A stretch of 64,000 nucleotides of DNA, taken from positions 44,764,001 to 44,828,000 of the forward strand of contig NC_073391.1 in the NCBI RefSeq assembly GCF_028641065.1. The letters run 5' to 3'. Origin of the DNA: Leucoraja erinacea. Its lineage: Eukaryota. Shown in pieces: positions 12,488-26,734 of the stretch (its first letter is position 1; the number at the start of each line of letters is the position of its first letter). The translations under genes and the position numbers were made by a program. Under the pieces are notes generated by a model. That model ran no database searches. It saw only the letters and a program-made list of their open reading frames with translations, and was not told where the DNA came from.

Positions 12488-13114
12488 GGAAGCATTTACT
12501 GGAGCAATGGAATCACTAAAATATTGAAGATTACGGATTAACTGCAGGTCAATCTGGTTAGATAGATTAGTACTTCATGATTCATGATCAGCATAGATAG
12601 GGGGGACCGTGCGCGCCGTTTTATGCCGTATGCGTTATAAAGTGGTCACGTGCAAGTGTGTGTGCTCCCTTCACACAACTCACGGACTGAGAACATTGGC
12701 ACGATTACCCCAATTAGATTACCATGAACTACAAATGCTACAAACTTGAGCAAAGACCAGGTGCTGGAGCAACTCAGCGGATCGGGCAGCATGTTTGGGG
12801 GGGGGGGGGGGGGGGGGGGGGTGCGAATAGATTGGCGATGTATCGGTTCGGGACGCTTGATCTGATTTATTCAGATTAGAATGGGATATCCTGTACTTTC
12901 AATGCATTATTTAAAAGAAGAAGAAAAAAAATCTATCAGCGTGCTTTATGCACAATTCTTCAATTGAGCAAATAATCGAGTTAAGAGTTGTGTCTTGGAC
13001 ACTGCACGGCTAAAATTACCATAATTCCATGAAACATAATTAGAAATAAAAAAGTCAAAACATAAAACTGTGTGTCGGCAGGCAGCTTGTAGTTGAAAAA
13101 CTTTCCAGAGTTAC

Positions 13115-14230
13115 ATACTCGCAAGGTCATAAGTGATAGGAATAGAATTAGATCACTCGGCCCTTCACGTCTACTCCTCCATTCAATCATGGCTGATCTA
13201 TCGCTCTCTCTTGACCCCCTTCTTCTGCCTTTTCCCATAACTCCTGATACCCGCACTAATCTATCTAGAAACACATCAATTAACGGCCTGCACAACCTTC
13301 TGTGGCAATGTATTTCACAAATTCACCACCCTCTGACTAAATAAATTCCATCTCATCTCCTTCCTGAAGGGACGTCCTTTAATTATGAGGCTATGATCTC
13401 TAGTTCCAGACTCTCCTACCAGGGGATACATCCTCTGCACATCCTCTCTCCAGGCCTTTCACTATTCTGAACGACTCAATTAGGTCTCCCCTCATTCTTC
13501 TAAACTCCAGCAAGTGCAGGTCCAGTGCCGTCAAACTCTCATCACATGTTAACCCAGTAATTTCTGGGATCATTCATGTAAACTCCCTCTGTACCTTCTC
13601 TACAGCCAGCACATCCTCCCTCAGATATGATGCCCAAAATTGCTCACAACACTCCAAATGTGGCATGAACAGCGCTTTACAGAGCCTCAGCATTACATCC
13701 CCGTTTTGTATTCTAGCCCTCGTGAAATAAATGCTAACGTTACGTTTGCTTTCTTTATTACCGATTCAACTTGCAGGTTAACTTTTTGGGAATCTTGCAC
13801 CAGCACTCCCAAGTCCCTTTGCACCTCCGATTTCTGAATAGACTCAACGAGTCATAGAGTGATAGAGTGTTAAAACAGACCCTTCGGCTCAACTTGCCCA
13901 CACCGACCAACACCGGCCGGATTCTCTCCCCATTTAGAACCTCGTCTACACCTTTATCCCTTCGACCAAAATGCACGACTCCACACTTTGCTGCACTATA
14001 TTCCATCTGCCGCTACACTGCCCACTCTCCCAATCTGTCCAAGCATTTCTGCATTCTCTCCTTTCTCAACACTACCTGCCGTTCCACCTATTGTGTATCA
14101 TGCGCAAACCTAGGGACACCGTTTTCAATCCCCTCGACCAAATGATTAGTATAAAACGTGAAGAGTAGTGGCCCCAGCCCCGACCCCTGCGGAACTCCGC
14201 TAGTCACTGGCAGCCAATCAGAAAAATAAG
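13115..14230 (-). mobile_element. CR1 LINE fragment (second subfamily) with a short SINE-like interruption at ~13850-13915
   Basis: RT C-terminal similarity (MEYSAAKCGVVHFG) and a different 3' UTR. Confidence 0.75.
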
Positions 14231-14357
14231 CCCTCTTCATAGCCACCTTGGACACATTCAGATACCAGACAGACTAGCCACATAATTCATTCATTTCTTA
14301 ATTCATGCTTCGACAGGATAAGCGCTTCAATGCAATTAATAGCCTTTACACCAATAA

Positions 14358-14866
14358 CGTATAACATATAACATATAACAATTACAGCACGGAAACAAGC
14401 CATCTCGACCCTTCTAGTCCGTGCCGAACACATAATCTCCCCTAGTCCCATATACCTGCGCTCAGACCATAACCCCCCATTCCCTTCCCATCCATATAAC
14501 TATCCAATTTATTTTTAAATGATAAAAACGAACCTGCCTCCACCACCTTCACTGGAAACTCATTCCACACAGTTACCACTCTCTGAGTAAAGAAGTTCCC
14601 CCTCATGTTACCCCTAAACTTCAGTCCCTTAATTCTCAAGTCATGTCCCCATGTTTGAATCTTCCCTACTCTCAGTGGGAAAAGCTTTTCCACGTCAACT
14701 CTGTCTATACCTCTCATCATTTTAAAAACCTCTATCAAGTCCCCCCTTAACCTTCTGCGCTCCAAAGAATAAAGCCCTAACTTGTTCAACCTTTCTATGT
14801 AACTTAGTTGCTGAAACCCAGGCAACATTCTAGTAAATCTCCTCTGTACTCTCTCCATTTTGTTGA
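14358..14866 (-). mobile_element. CR1 LINE 3' fragment, (ATATAAC/C)n-tail subfamily
   Basis: ORF 14442-14930: ERVQRRFTRMLPG...WNEFP. Confidence 0.9.
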
Positions 14867-15514
14867 CTGCAAAAACAGAGCAATTCGTATTTTCTGCTGA
14901 CTGGTTAGCACGCAACAAAATCTTTTTCACTTTACCTTAGTACATTTGACAATAAACTTAACTAAACTAAACTAAATCTCTTGGTCACGATTTATCATAG
15001 ACATATTTAATGGGCTTTTGTGCCTCTGCCAGATGTCTGAAAATTTCAATAAATGTTAATTTTCCTTTCCCACAGTTTAGCAAACATTTCCTATTTAAGA
15101 GCATCTAAATTGACTATTATCATTGAAATGCTTTCAGCCGCACTCCAGTCGCAGATAAACGTAAAAAGGAATTCACAATTGGCTCTATTGTCATTTATTT
15201 AAATGGGAATCCTTTGGCATCAACCCCTTTTGCCAATGAAAACTATTTTTAACTTTTCAATCAAAAGAACATGTAATTGAACACTTCTATCAAATGCTTC
15301 GTTCGTCTCTGTTATCGACTGCAGAACAATCGAAGCACCACCTGGTCCTTCCTCAACTCAGTCTCAAAGATTCTGCTGATCAGACTGGAAAGTGCTGAGG
15401 CCAAGTTCAGATCACCCAATATCTCGTGAAGGCTTGAGCGGGCTTGAAGGAGAGCACAGTTGCACCAATTATTTTCATACATTGATTATGTTTTCGTGGC
15501 AATGCTTAGCATTC

Positions 15515-18500
15515 CATAGAAACCTAGAAAATAGGTGCAGGAGTAGGCCATTCGGCCCTACGAGCCTGCACCGCCATACGATATGATCATGGCTGATCAT
15601 CCAGCACATCCTCCCTCAGATATGGTGCCCAAAATTGCTCACAACACTCCAATTCAATATCCCTGTCTTCTCTCCATACCCCCTGATCCCTTTAGCCACA
15701 AGGGCCACATCTAACTCCCTCTTAAATATAGCCAATGAACTGGCCTCAACTACCTTCTGTGGCAGAGAATTCCACAGGTTCACCACTCTCTGTGTAAAAA
15801 ATGATTTTCTCATCTCGGTCCTAAAACCATATAACCATATAACCATATAACAATTACAGCACGGAAACAGGCCATCTCGACCCTTCTAGTCTGTGCCGAA
15901 CACGCATTCTCCCCCTAGTCCCATATACCTGCGATCAGACCATAACCCTCCATTCCCTTCCCATCCATATAACTATCCAATTTATTTTTAAATGATAAAA
16001 ACGAACCTGCCTCCACCACCTTCACTGGAAGCTCATTCCGCACAGCCACCACTCTCTGAGTAAAGAAGTTCCCCCTCATGTTACCCCTAAACTTATGTCC
16101 CTTAATTCTCAAGTCATGTCCCCTTGTTTGAATCTTCCCTACTCTCAGTAGGAAAAGCTTATCCACGTCAACTCTGTCTATCCCTCTCATCATTTTAAAG
16201 ACCTCTATCAAGTCCCCCCTTAACCTTCTGCGTTCCAAAGAATAAAACCCTAACTTGTTCAACCTTTCTCTGTAACTTAGTTGCTGAAACCCAGGCAACA
16301 TTCTAGTAAATCTCCTCTGTGCTCTCTCTATTTTGTTGACATCCGTCCTATAATTAGGCGACCAAAATTGTACACCATACTCCAGAATTGGCCTCACCAA
16401 TGCCTTGTACAATTTTAACATTACATCCCAGCTGCTATACTCAACGCTCTGATTTATAAAGGCCAGCACACCAAAAGCTTTATTTACCACCCTATCTACA
16501 TGAGATTCCACTTTCAGGGAACTGTGCACAGTTATTCCCAGATCCCTCTGTTCACCTACATTCTTCAATTCCCTACCATTCACCATGTACGTCCTATTTT
16601 AATTTGTCCTACCAAGATGTAGCACCTCACACTTATCAGCATTAAACTCCAACTGCCATCTGTCAGCCCACTTTTACAACTGGCATAAATCTCTCTGTGG
16701 ACTTTGAAAATCGACTTCTTTATCCACCACCCCACCTATCTTTGTATCATCTGCATACTTACTAATTCAATTTACCACACCATCATCCAGATCATCGATG
16801 TACATGACAAACAACAGTGGACCCAACACAGATCCATGTGGCACCCCACTAGTCACTGGCCTCCAGCCTGACAAACAACCATCCACCATTACTCTCTGGC
16901 ACTTCCATTCAGCCACTGTTGAATCCATCTTGCTACTCCACCATTAATACCCAACAATTGAACCTTCTTAACCAACCTTCCGTCAGGAACCTTGTCAAAG
17001 GTTCACATATACAACATCCACTGCTTTACCCTCATCAATTTCCCGAGTAACCTCTTCAAAAAATTCAAGAAGATTAGTCAAACGTGACTTTCCAGGCACA
17101 AATCCATGTGACTGTTCCTAATCAGACCCTGTTTATCCAGATGCTTATATATATTATCTCTAAGTATCCTTTCCATTAATTTGCCCACCACTGACGTCAA
17201 ACTAACAGGTCTATAATAGCTAGGTTTACTCTCAGACCCCTTTTTAAACAATGGAACAACATGCGCAGTACGCCAATCCTCCGGCACTATTCCCGTTTCT
17301 AAAGACATTTACAATATTTCTGTCATAGCCCCTGCTATTTCTACACTAACTTCCCTCAATGATAAAATACTTCCCACTTATCCTTTAACTGCGACCCCCT
17401 AGTTCTGGACTTCCCCAACATCGGGAATAATCTTCATGCATCTAGCCCGTCCAACCCCTTAAGAATTTTGTAAGATTCTATAAGATCCCCCTCTCTATCT
17501 TCTAAATTCTAGCGTGTACAAGCCGAGTCTATCCAGTCTTTCTTCATATGAAAGTCCTGCCATCCCAGGAATCCGCCTGGTGAACCATATCTGCACTCCG
17601 TTGATGGCAAGAATGTCTTTCCTCAGATTAGGAGACCAAAACTGTACGCAATACCCCAGGTGTGGTCTCACCAAGACCCTCTACAACTGCAGTAGAACCT
17701 CCCTGCTCTTTATACTCAAATCATTTTGCTGTCATGCATTTGACCACTCACCCAACCTATTCAAGTCATCTTGCAGCTCCCTAGCATCCTCCTCACAGCT
17801 AACACTGCCCCCCATCTTCGCGTCATCCGCAAACTTGGAGATATTGCATTCAATTCCCTCATCCGGATCATGAATATATATTGTAAATAGCTGGCGTCCC
17901 AGCACCGAGCCTTGCGGTACCCCACCAGTTACTGCCTGCCATTCTGAAAAGGACCCGTTTACTCCTACTCTTTGCTCCCTGTCTGCCAGCCAGTTCTCTA
18001 TCCACATCAATACTCAACCCCCAATACCGTGTGCTTTAAGTTTGTATACTAATCTCTTATGTGAGACCTTGTCGAAAGCCTTCTGAAAGTCCAGATATAA
18101 CACATCCACTGGTTCTCCCTTATCCACTCTACTTGTTACATCCTCGAAAAATTATATAAGATTCGTCAGACATGGTTTACCTTTCATAAATCCATGCTGA
18201 CTTTGTCCAATGAATTCACCACTTTCCAAATGTGCTGCTATCCCATCTTTAATAACTGACTCCAGAATTTTCCCCACCTCCGATGTTAGACTAACTGGTC
18301 TGTAATTCCCAATTTTCTCTCTCCCTCCCTTTTTAAAAAGTGGGGTTACATTAGCTACCCTCCAGTCCTCAGGAACAACTCCAAAATCTAAAGAGTTTTG
18401 AAAAATTATCACTAATGCATCCACTATTTCTGCGGCTACTGCCTTAAGTACTCTGGGATGCAACTTATCTGGCCCTGGGGATTTATCGGCCTTTAATCCA

Positions 18501-19140
18501 TTCAAAATACCTAACACCAGTTCCCGGCTAACCTGGATTTAATAATAACACTAATAAATGTTATTTATTGGCGCCTTTCAAGAGTCTCAATGACACCTTC
18601 AGTTTCTCCATCTCATTTAACCCCCGGTCCCTTGCTATTTCCGGCAGATTATTTATGTCTTCCTTAGTGAAGACAGAACCAAAGTAGTTATTCAATTGGT
18701 CTGCCATGTCCTTGTTCCACATCATCAATTCGCCTGTTTCTGACTGAAAGGGACCTACGTTTGTTTTAACTAATTTCTCCTCTTCACATATCTATAAAAA
18801 CGTTTGCAGTCAGTTTTTATGTTCCCTGACAGTTTACTTTCATAACCTATTTTCCCTTTCCTAATTAACCCTTTTGTCCTCCTCTGCGGGACTCTGAATT
18901 TCTCCCAGTCCTCTGGTAGGCTGTTTTTTTCTGGCTAATTTATATGCTTCATCTTTTGTTTTGATACTATCCCTGATTTACCTTGCTATCCACGGATGCA
19001 CTACTTTCCCTGATTTATTAACTGGGAACAATTGTTGTAGTTCATCCATGCAGTGTTTAAATACCTTCCATTGCATATCCACCATCAACCCTTTAAGAAT
19101 CATTTTCCAGTCTATCTTGGCCAATTCACGTCTCATTCCC
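15515..19140 (-). mobile_element. Stack of at least three CR1 fragments (about 15515-15825, 15826-17360, 17385-19140)
   Basis: RT ORFs 15915-16586, 17078-17308, 17732-18010 and 18152-18517; two distinct tails. Confidence 0.9.
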
Positions 19141-20354
19141 TTCAAATCTAGTTAAGTCACATTTATTGTCACAAGTACTGTGACGCACAGCAGCATCACC
19201 CTCAAGTTGCGTGCAGTTTATTCTTATACGGTTAAGTACGCTAATGTATGGGTACAATCATAGCATTGCACGCAGCAGTATCACGGACAAATGGTCTCAG
19301 ACAAACATGTGAACCCGTACATTGTACACGAAATACACAAAAATCTCCAAGACTTAAAAAGGATAGAGGCGGCAAAAACACACGAGATTAGTACAAACAC
19401 AATTAGGTAAAAAACATATATGGTAGTGGAAGAAGTGGGCCGCAGTGTTCGTTTTTCACGGCAGAATATCAGTCGTGTGGGATATACGTGATTTGATTAG
19501 CATTAAGATTTGATAAAATCTCATTTTTTCTATTCAGCACCTGTTAATAAAACGTAAGAACCGGTAGATTTCGTGGGCAACCTGTGCACCTCTTGCTGTT
19601 AACAACTTTGAACTGTATTCACCGAGCTTACAGGGTTGTACCTTAACATTTTAGAACCAATTCTCAGCCTCATAAAATGGTCCTGAAAGTGTGTATTTAT
19701 TATACAATTATTAATCACAACGAACCTGTGGGAGATGTTGCCTTTCTTATCAATATGTTGCACATGTTGTTGTTTCCTGCTCCACTTCAGACTTGCATGG
19801 TTCAACAATGTTAGGTTGATTTTAGTTGTGATGTGAAACTGCTTGATACGGGGTGGGGTTGCCCCAGATTTACATAATCATAGTTTTGTGCCTGTAGGAA
19901 CTAAGAATATAAAATAACTACTTCTGAAAAAAATACAAATAGCATTTTTTAACAATTCAAATGCTATGTGATGGGTTGATAAATGGACAGCAAGAGCAAC
20001 AACTAGTTTAATATGAATCATTAAAAAAAAACATTAACGGTTTATTATCCTGTACCTAATAGATCGTCGTTTTTTAATGTCTAGCAAAATAACGCGCAGC
20101 TGAATGAATGGTGATTGTTGACCCGTAACTGAACACCAGCCCAATTCTGCCACCTGGCCGTCTTGCCTAATCGTGATCTGGGGCGTGTTAGTTCAAACAC
20201 AAAAGTCGCTATTTGAAAGGTTGTGCTGCACATTTTGCTTCGACTGTTTATTTTCCAGTTGGTTTTACTGTTATTGGATTGATCAGATGTCTTATGAGAC
20301 GGGCACAAGAACTGTAGACACTAAATTAATCTTCAAAATTGTTCTATGCTCCGC

Positions 20355-22915
20355 TGTTTACCAAGAGAAATGATGGCTGAATTGGCACAATTTAATAAAG
20401 GAATAACAGATAAAGGAGAATAAGTAGTTGTATAGCGAGATTTTCAGAAATCCTTTGATACGTGGGAGGCTGCTGAGGTAGATGAGAGCCCAGGGTATCA
20501 AAGGGCAGATACTAGCATGGATATCAGGTTGGCTGGGTAGCAGAAGGCAAAGAGTGGCAATAAATGGTGATTTTTCTGATTGGCTGCCAATGACAAGCGG
20601 AGTTCCGCAGGAATCGGTGTTGGTGCCGCTGGAATGGGTGTAGGATGGTGTGGTCCACTGTATCAAACGCTGAGCGGAGGTCGAGAAGGAGCAGGATTGC
20701 ACAGTCACCCAAGTCGATGGCGAAATGCAGGTCGTTATGTACCTTCAACAAGACAGACTCTGTGTTGTGGTGGGCCCTGAAACCTGATTGGAAATTTTCC
20801 AGGATGGTACTTTGGTGTAGGTAAGGCACACAACAACAATGGCAGGTATTTCCAGGAATAATGCAGAAGGTGCAGGATCTGTGTATTCCTAGGATGAAGC
20901 AAGATTCCAAGGGGAGTAAGGGGCGACCGTGACTGACAAGGGACGGCAGGGACAGTATAAAAATAAAAGAGAAGAAGTACAACGTAGCAAAGATGAGCGG
21001 GTAGCAAGAGGATTCGGTAATATTTAAAGAGTAACAGAAGTTAACTAAAAATATAATACTGGGAGAAAAGATGAGGTACGAAGGTAAGCTAGCCAAGAAT
21101 ATAAAGGGGGATAGTAAAAGCTTCTTTAGGTATGTGAAGAGGAAAGAAATAGTTAAGACCAAAGTCTGACCTTTGAAGACCGAAAAGGGTGAATGCGGTT
21201 ATGCGGAACAAGGAAATGGCAGATTAGTTGAACAGGTACTTTGGATCCGTCTTCACTAAGGAGGACACAAACAATCTTCCGGATATAGTAGTGGCCAGAG
21301 GATCTGGGGTGAAGGAGGAACTGAAGGAAATCCACATTAGGTAGGAAATGGTATTGGGTAGACAGATGGGACTGAAAGCTGATAAATACCCAGGACCTGA
21401 TGGTCTGCATCCCAGGGTACTTAAGGAAGAGCTTTAAAAATCGGTGATAATTTTCCAGCGTTCTATAGACTCAGGATCCGTTCCTGTGGATTGGAGAGTA
21501 GATAATGTTATCCCACTTTTTAAGAAAGGCGGGAGAGAGAAAACAGGGTGTTATGGACCAGTTAGCATGACATCGGTGGTGGGGAAGATGCTGGAGTCAA
21601 TTATAAAAGTTGAAATAACCGCACATTTGGATAGCAGTAACAGGATCGGTCCGAGTCAGCATAGATTTACGAAGGGGAATTCGTGCTTGACTAATCTTCT
21701 GGAATTTTTTGAGGATGTAACTGGGAAAATGGACAAGGGAGAGACAGTGGATGTAGTGTACCTGGACTTTCAGAATGCATTTGATAAGGTCCAACATAGG
21801 AGATTGGCGGGAAAAATTAGGGCACATGCTATTGGGGGAAGAGTGCTGACATGGATAGAAAATTGGTTGCCAGACAGGAAACAAAGAGTAAGGATTAACG
21901 GGTCCCTTTCAGAATGGCAGGCATTGACTAGTTAGGTACCGCAAGGTTCGATGCTGGGACCGCAACTATTTACAATATAGATCAATGATTTGGATGAAGG
22001 GATTCAAAGTAACATTTGCAAATTTGCACATGACACAAGGCTGGGTGGCAGTGTGAACTGTGAGGAGGATGCCCCGAGAATGCGGGGTGACTTGGACAGG
22101 TTGGGGGAGTGGGCAGATGCATGGCAGATGAAGTTTAATGCGGACAAATATGAGTTTATCCACATTGGTATCAAAAACAGGAAGGCAGATTACTATCTAA
22201 ATGGCGTCAAGTTGGGAAAAGGGGAAGTACAACGAGATCTGGGGGTGCTTGTTCATCAGTCTATGAAAGTAAGAATGCATGTATAGCAAGAGGAGTCGAG
22301 TAAAGGAGCAAAGAGATCCGTCTGCAGTTGTACATGGCCCTAGCGAGACCACACCTGGAGTATTGTGTGCAATTTTGATCCCCTAATTTGAGGAAGGACA
22401 TTCTTGCTATTGAGAGAGTTCAGCATAGGTTTACAAGGTTAATTCCCGGGATGGCGGGACTGTCATATGCTGAGAGAATGGAGCAGCTGGGCTTGTATAC
22501 TCTGGAATTTAGAAGGATGAGAGGGTATCTTATTGAAACATATAAGATTGTTAGGGTTTGGACACGCTAGAGGCAGGAAACATGTTCCAGATGTTGGGGG
22601 AGTCCAGAACCAGGGGTCACAGTTTAATAACAAAGGGTAATCCATTTAGAACAGAGAAGAGCAAACACATTTCTCACAGAGACATGTGAATCTGTGGAAT
22701 TCCCTGCCTCAGATGGCGGTGGAGGCCGGGTCTCTGGATACTTTCAAGAGAGAACTAGATAGGGCTCTTAAAGATAGCAGAGTCAGGGGGGTACGGGGAG
22801 AAGGCAGGAACGGGGCGCTTATTGGGGATGATCAGCCATGATCACATTGAATGGCGGTATTGTCTCGAAGGGCTGAATGGCCTACTCCTGCACCTATTGT
22901 ATATTGTCTATTGTC
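20355..22915 (+). mobile_element. Composite CR1 ORF2 fragments ending in a (CTATTGT)n tail
   Basis: ORFs 21444-21935, 21990-22286 and 22388-22570 are RT-like. Confidence 0.9.
20642..20830 (-). mobile_element. L2/Rex-type LINE RT fragment embedded in CR1
   Basis: ENFQSGFRAHHNTESVLLKVHNDL...LLLLDLRSAFDTVDH. Confidence 0.75.
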
Positions 22916-24060
22916 AAGAATTGACCATGTTTTAGCTTTGATAAACTCCTTTGTTGTATTAGCACTGTGTTGGGGTTATTGTCTTGCTGTAGAATGAACC
23001 GCCAGCCAATGAGTTTTGATGCATTTGTTTGAAATTGAGCAGATAGGATGTGTCTACACAAATCAAAAGTCATTATGCTACTACCATCAATGAAGGTAAG
23101 TCAGCCAGTGCCTTCAGCAGCTATACATCCCCAGACCATAACACCCGCACCACCGCGTTTCACAGATGAGGTGGCAAGCTTTGGATCTTGGACCGTTCCT
23201 TCTCTCCTCCATACTCAATCTTCGCCTCATCTGTCCACAATACCTTTTTTCCAGAACTATGTGTGCTCTTATAGATGCTTCTTGGCAAACTGTAACCTGG
23301 CTATCCTATTTTTGCGGCTAACCAGTGGTTTACATCTTGCAGTGTAGCCTCTGTATTTCTGTTCATGAAGTCTTCTGCGGACAGTGCTCATTGATAAATC
23401 CACGCATGCTTTCTGGAGAGTGTTTCTGATCTGTCGGACAGTTGTTTGTTTTGTTTTTTCTTTATTATAGAGAAAATTCTTCTGTCATCAGCTGTGGAGG
23501 TCTTCCATGGCCTACCAGTCCCTTTGCGATTAGTAAGCTTCTTCTCCTTCTTCTTCTTTCATGTGGCGTGCACAGCCTAAAGTTGTTGGACAACTTGTTC
23601 TATTTAATCTTCCGTTTGTGCACGTCGAGTTGCATTAGTCGAAACAGGGCGGACCACGTGAAGGTTGCAATCTACCACCCCAGTAAGCTCACCAGTGCTC
23701 TCTTCCTTCTTAATGATCTTCCAAACAGTTGATGTTGTAAGCCTAAGGTTCGGCTGATGTCTCTAACAGGTTGTTTTTTCTCCGTCTCATAATGGCTTAT
23801 TTGACTTTCATTGCCGCAACTTTGGTCCTCATGTTGATAAACAACAATAAACGTTTCCAAATGTGATGGAAAGACTCGATGAATGACTAGGTGCTGGGAG
23901 CTCGCTTATACCAGCATTAAGGAGGCATCTAGACACTCCTGGGCAATAACAATCACCTATGAAGCCATGTGCCCCAAATATTCTTGTGTCCTGAAATGGG
24001 GGGGCTACTTATAAACACAGCTGTAATTTCTACATGGTGAAACCAATATGTATAAACATG
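22915..24060 (-). mobile_element. Degraded Tc1-like transposon (second family)
   Basis: Minus-strand KRGGAGVMVWGCIAAEGTG and LQQDNNP motifs, frameshifted. Confidence 0.8.
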
Positions 24061-24414
24061 GCAGACAGCATCTCTGGAGAGACCATTGGATTAAGCCATC
24101 AAACACGAAGAGTTGTCAACCCCTGCTCCATACTGTACTCTGTATTACTTCTGATTATAATTATCCTAAATCCCCACTCCTTTCCAATTTTCGACGTACG
24201 CCCCTTTTTGGAACTTTAGTTTTATCCTCTCTCGGGAAACCGATGTAGGACACTTTTTGAATTCACCTGACATCTGTTTGTTCCCCCATTATAAATTCCT
24301 ACATTCTCAGTAGAAGTAGTCTGTGATGTTTTGCTCAGTGTACCCTTGTCGTGCACACATGGTGATAAGATTATGTAAAGAAGGGTTTTCGAACATGTTC
24401 GCCAGTGAAGGTAT

Positions 24415-25385
24415 AGAAACATAGAAACATAGAAATTAGGTGCAGGAGTAGGCCATTCGGCCCTTCGAGCCTGCACCGCCATTCAATATGATCATGGCTG
24501 ATCATCCAACTCAGTATCCCGTACCTGCCTTCTCTCCATACCCCCTGATCCCCTTAGCCACAAGGTCCACATCTAATTCCCTCTTAAATATAGCCAATGA
24601 ACTGGCCTCAACTACCTTCTGTGGCGGAGAGTTCCAGAGATTCACCACTCTCTGTGTGAAAAAAGTTCTTCTCATCTCGATTTTAAAGGATTTCCCCCTT
24701 ATCCTTAAGCTGTGACCCCTTGTCCTGGACTTACCTAACATCGGGAACAATCTTCCTGCAACTAGCCTGTCCAACCCCTTAAGAATTTTGTACGTTTCTA
24801 TAAGATCCCCTCTCAATCTCTTAAATTCTAGAGAGTATAAACCAAGTCTATCCAGTCTTTCTTCATAAGACAGTCCTGACATCCCAGGAATCAGTCTGGT
24901 GAACCGTCTCTGCACTCCCTCTATGGCAGTAATGTCCTTCCTCAGATTTGGAGACCAAAACTGTACGCAATACTCCAGGTGTGGTCTCACCAAGACCCTG
25001 TACAACTGCAGTAGAACCTCCCTGCTCCTATACTGAAATCCTTTTGCAATGAAAGCTAACATACCATTCGCTTTCTTTACTGCCTGCTGCACCTGCATGC
25101 CTACCTTCAATGACTGGTGTACCATGACACCCAGGTCTCGCTGCATCTCCCCCTTTCCCAATCGGCCACCATTTAGATAATAGTCTGCTTTCCCATTTTT
25201 GCCACCAAAATGGATAACCTCACATTTATCCACATTATACTGCATCTGCCAAACATTTGCCCACTCACCCAGCCTATCCAAGTCACCTTGCAGTCTCCTA
25301 GCATCCTCCTCACAGCTAACTCTGCCCCCCAGCTTAGTGTCATCCGCAAACTTGGAGATATTGCCTTCAATTCCCTCATCCAGAT
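24415..25385 (-). mobile_element. Young 5'-truncated CR1 with an uninterrupted RT C-terminal frame
   Basis: ORF 24511-25476 and an intact (ATAGAAAC)n tail. Confidence 0.95.
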
Positions 25386-26034
25386 CATGTGACCAGTGTG
25401 TATGAACAGTGACCAGGGGATGGACGGTACGGGCAGCTGGTGACACCGTATTTGTATTGATGAGTCGTAAACACATCGACCAATGTTTCTGCGGCTACCG
25501 TGTAATTTAAGTTTATTGAAGTGCCAAGGATTAAAAACATCAATGAAGTCAGTGTTTATCTTTGGTCTACTATTACCAAGCTTCTGTCCAATACATCTCC
25601 TTATGGTTTTGAACTTACATCACAATGCAGATGGCAAGCCAAGACACCATGACATCAACCCCCTCCGCCCACTCACCCCACCTGTCAACCTGCGGTTTAA
25701 TTGTACTCAGTGACTCATCCCGCAGTTTTACTTCCTGAAAGATATCGAGAGCCTCCTTCTATATGAAGCAAGGGGTAAACCCGGCTTCAAATGTTGCGGT
25801 CGGCAGTGTACTACAGGTGGGAATTAAAACAAACGGGAACTGAAGATGGGACACGACAGACATTTGCTTGTAATCCCGCCCTTTTTATTTCTTTGCAGGG
25901 CCGCTTTCGCGTTCAACATTACCCAAGGGCTGATAACCTTTCAATGCTGAATGCTGACACTGACCTCATTAGAACTCGGCTGATGCATGCGGGAATCCAA
26001 CTAAGCTGGTATCAGGAATAAACAACCCTATAAA

Positions 26035-26313
26035 CTATACATAGAAACATAGAAACATAGAAATTAGGTGCAGGAGTAGGCCATTCGGCCCTTCGAGCCT
26101 GCACCGCCATTCAATATGATCATGGCTGATCATCCAACTCAGTATCCCGTACCTGCCTTCTCTCCATACCCCCTGATCACCTTAGCCACATGGGCCACAT
26201 CTAACTCCCTCTTAAATATAGCCAATGAACTGGCCTCAACTACCCTCTGTGGCAGAGAGTTCCAGAGATTCACCACTCTCTGTGTGAAAAAAGTTCTTCT
26301 CATCTCGGTTTTA
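26035..26313 (-). mobile_element. CR1 3' end
   Basis: Tail plus 3' UTR. Confidence 0.9.
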
Positions 26314-26344
26314 AACGTTTATACGAAACACACCCAACGTATGG

Positions 26345-26630
26345 GGCAAGATGGTTCAGCGCTGGAGTTGTTGCCTTACAGCGCCAATGCCCCGGGTCCC
26401 GGTTTTGATCCCGACCACGGGTGCTTGCCTATTCTGCAAGTGTACGTTCTGCCCGTGACCTGCATGGGTTTTCTCCTAGTACTTCGGTTTACTCGAACAC
26501 ATTGCAGTTGTAACAATGTTAAATTGTCCCTAGTGTATGTAGATAGTGTTAATGTGCGGGGATCGCTGGTTGGTGCGGACTCGGTGGGCCGAAGGGCCTA
26601 TTTGCGCGCTGTATCTCTAAACTAAACTAC
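26345..26630 (+). mobile_element. tRNA-derived SINE
   Basis: A/B-box-like head and (AACTA)n tail. Related copies at ~8090-8260, 40021-40285 (-), 47950-48150, 50090-50350 and 58366-58660 (-). Confidence 0.75.
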
Positions 26631-26734
26631 GTTTTGCTGATTAACTACTGAGATTTCGAGATTAGACAGTAAAGTTTATGAATGACGATTTCAATTCCAT
26701 TTCAACTCCTGGCAACTTGTTTATTACACCGCAA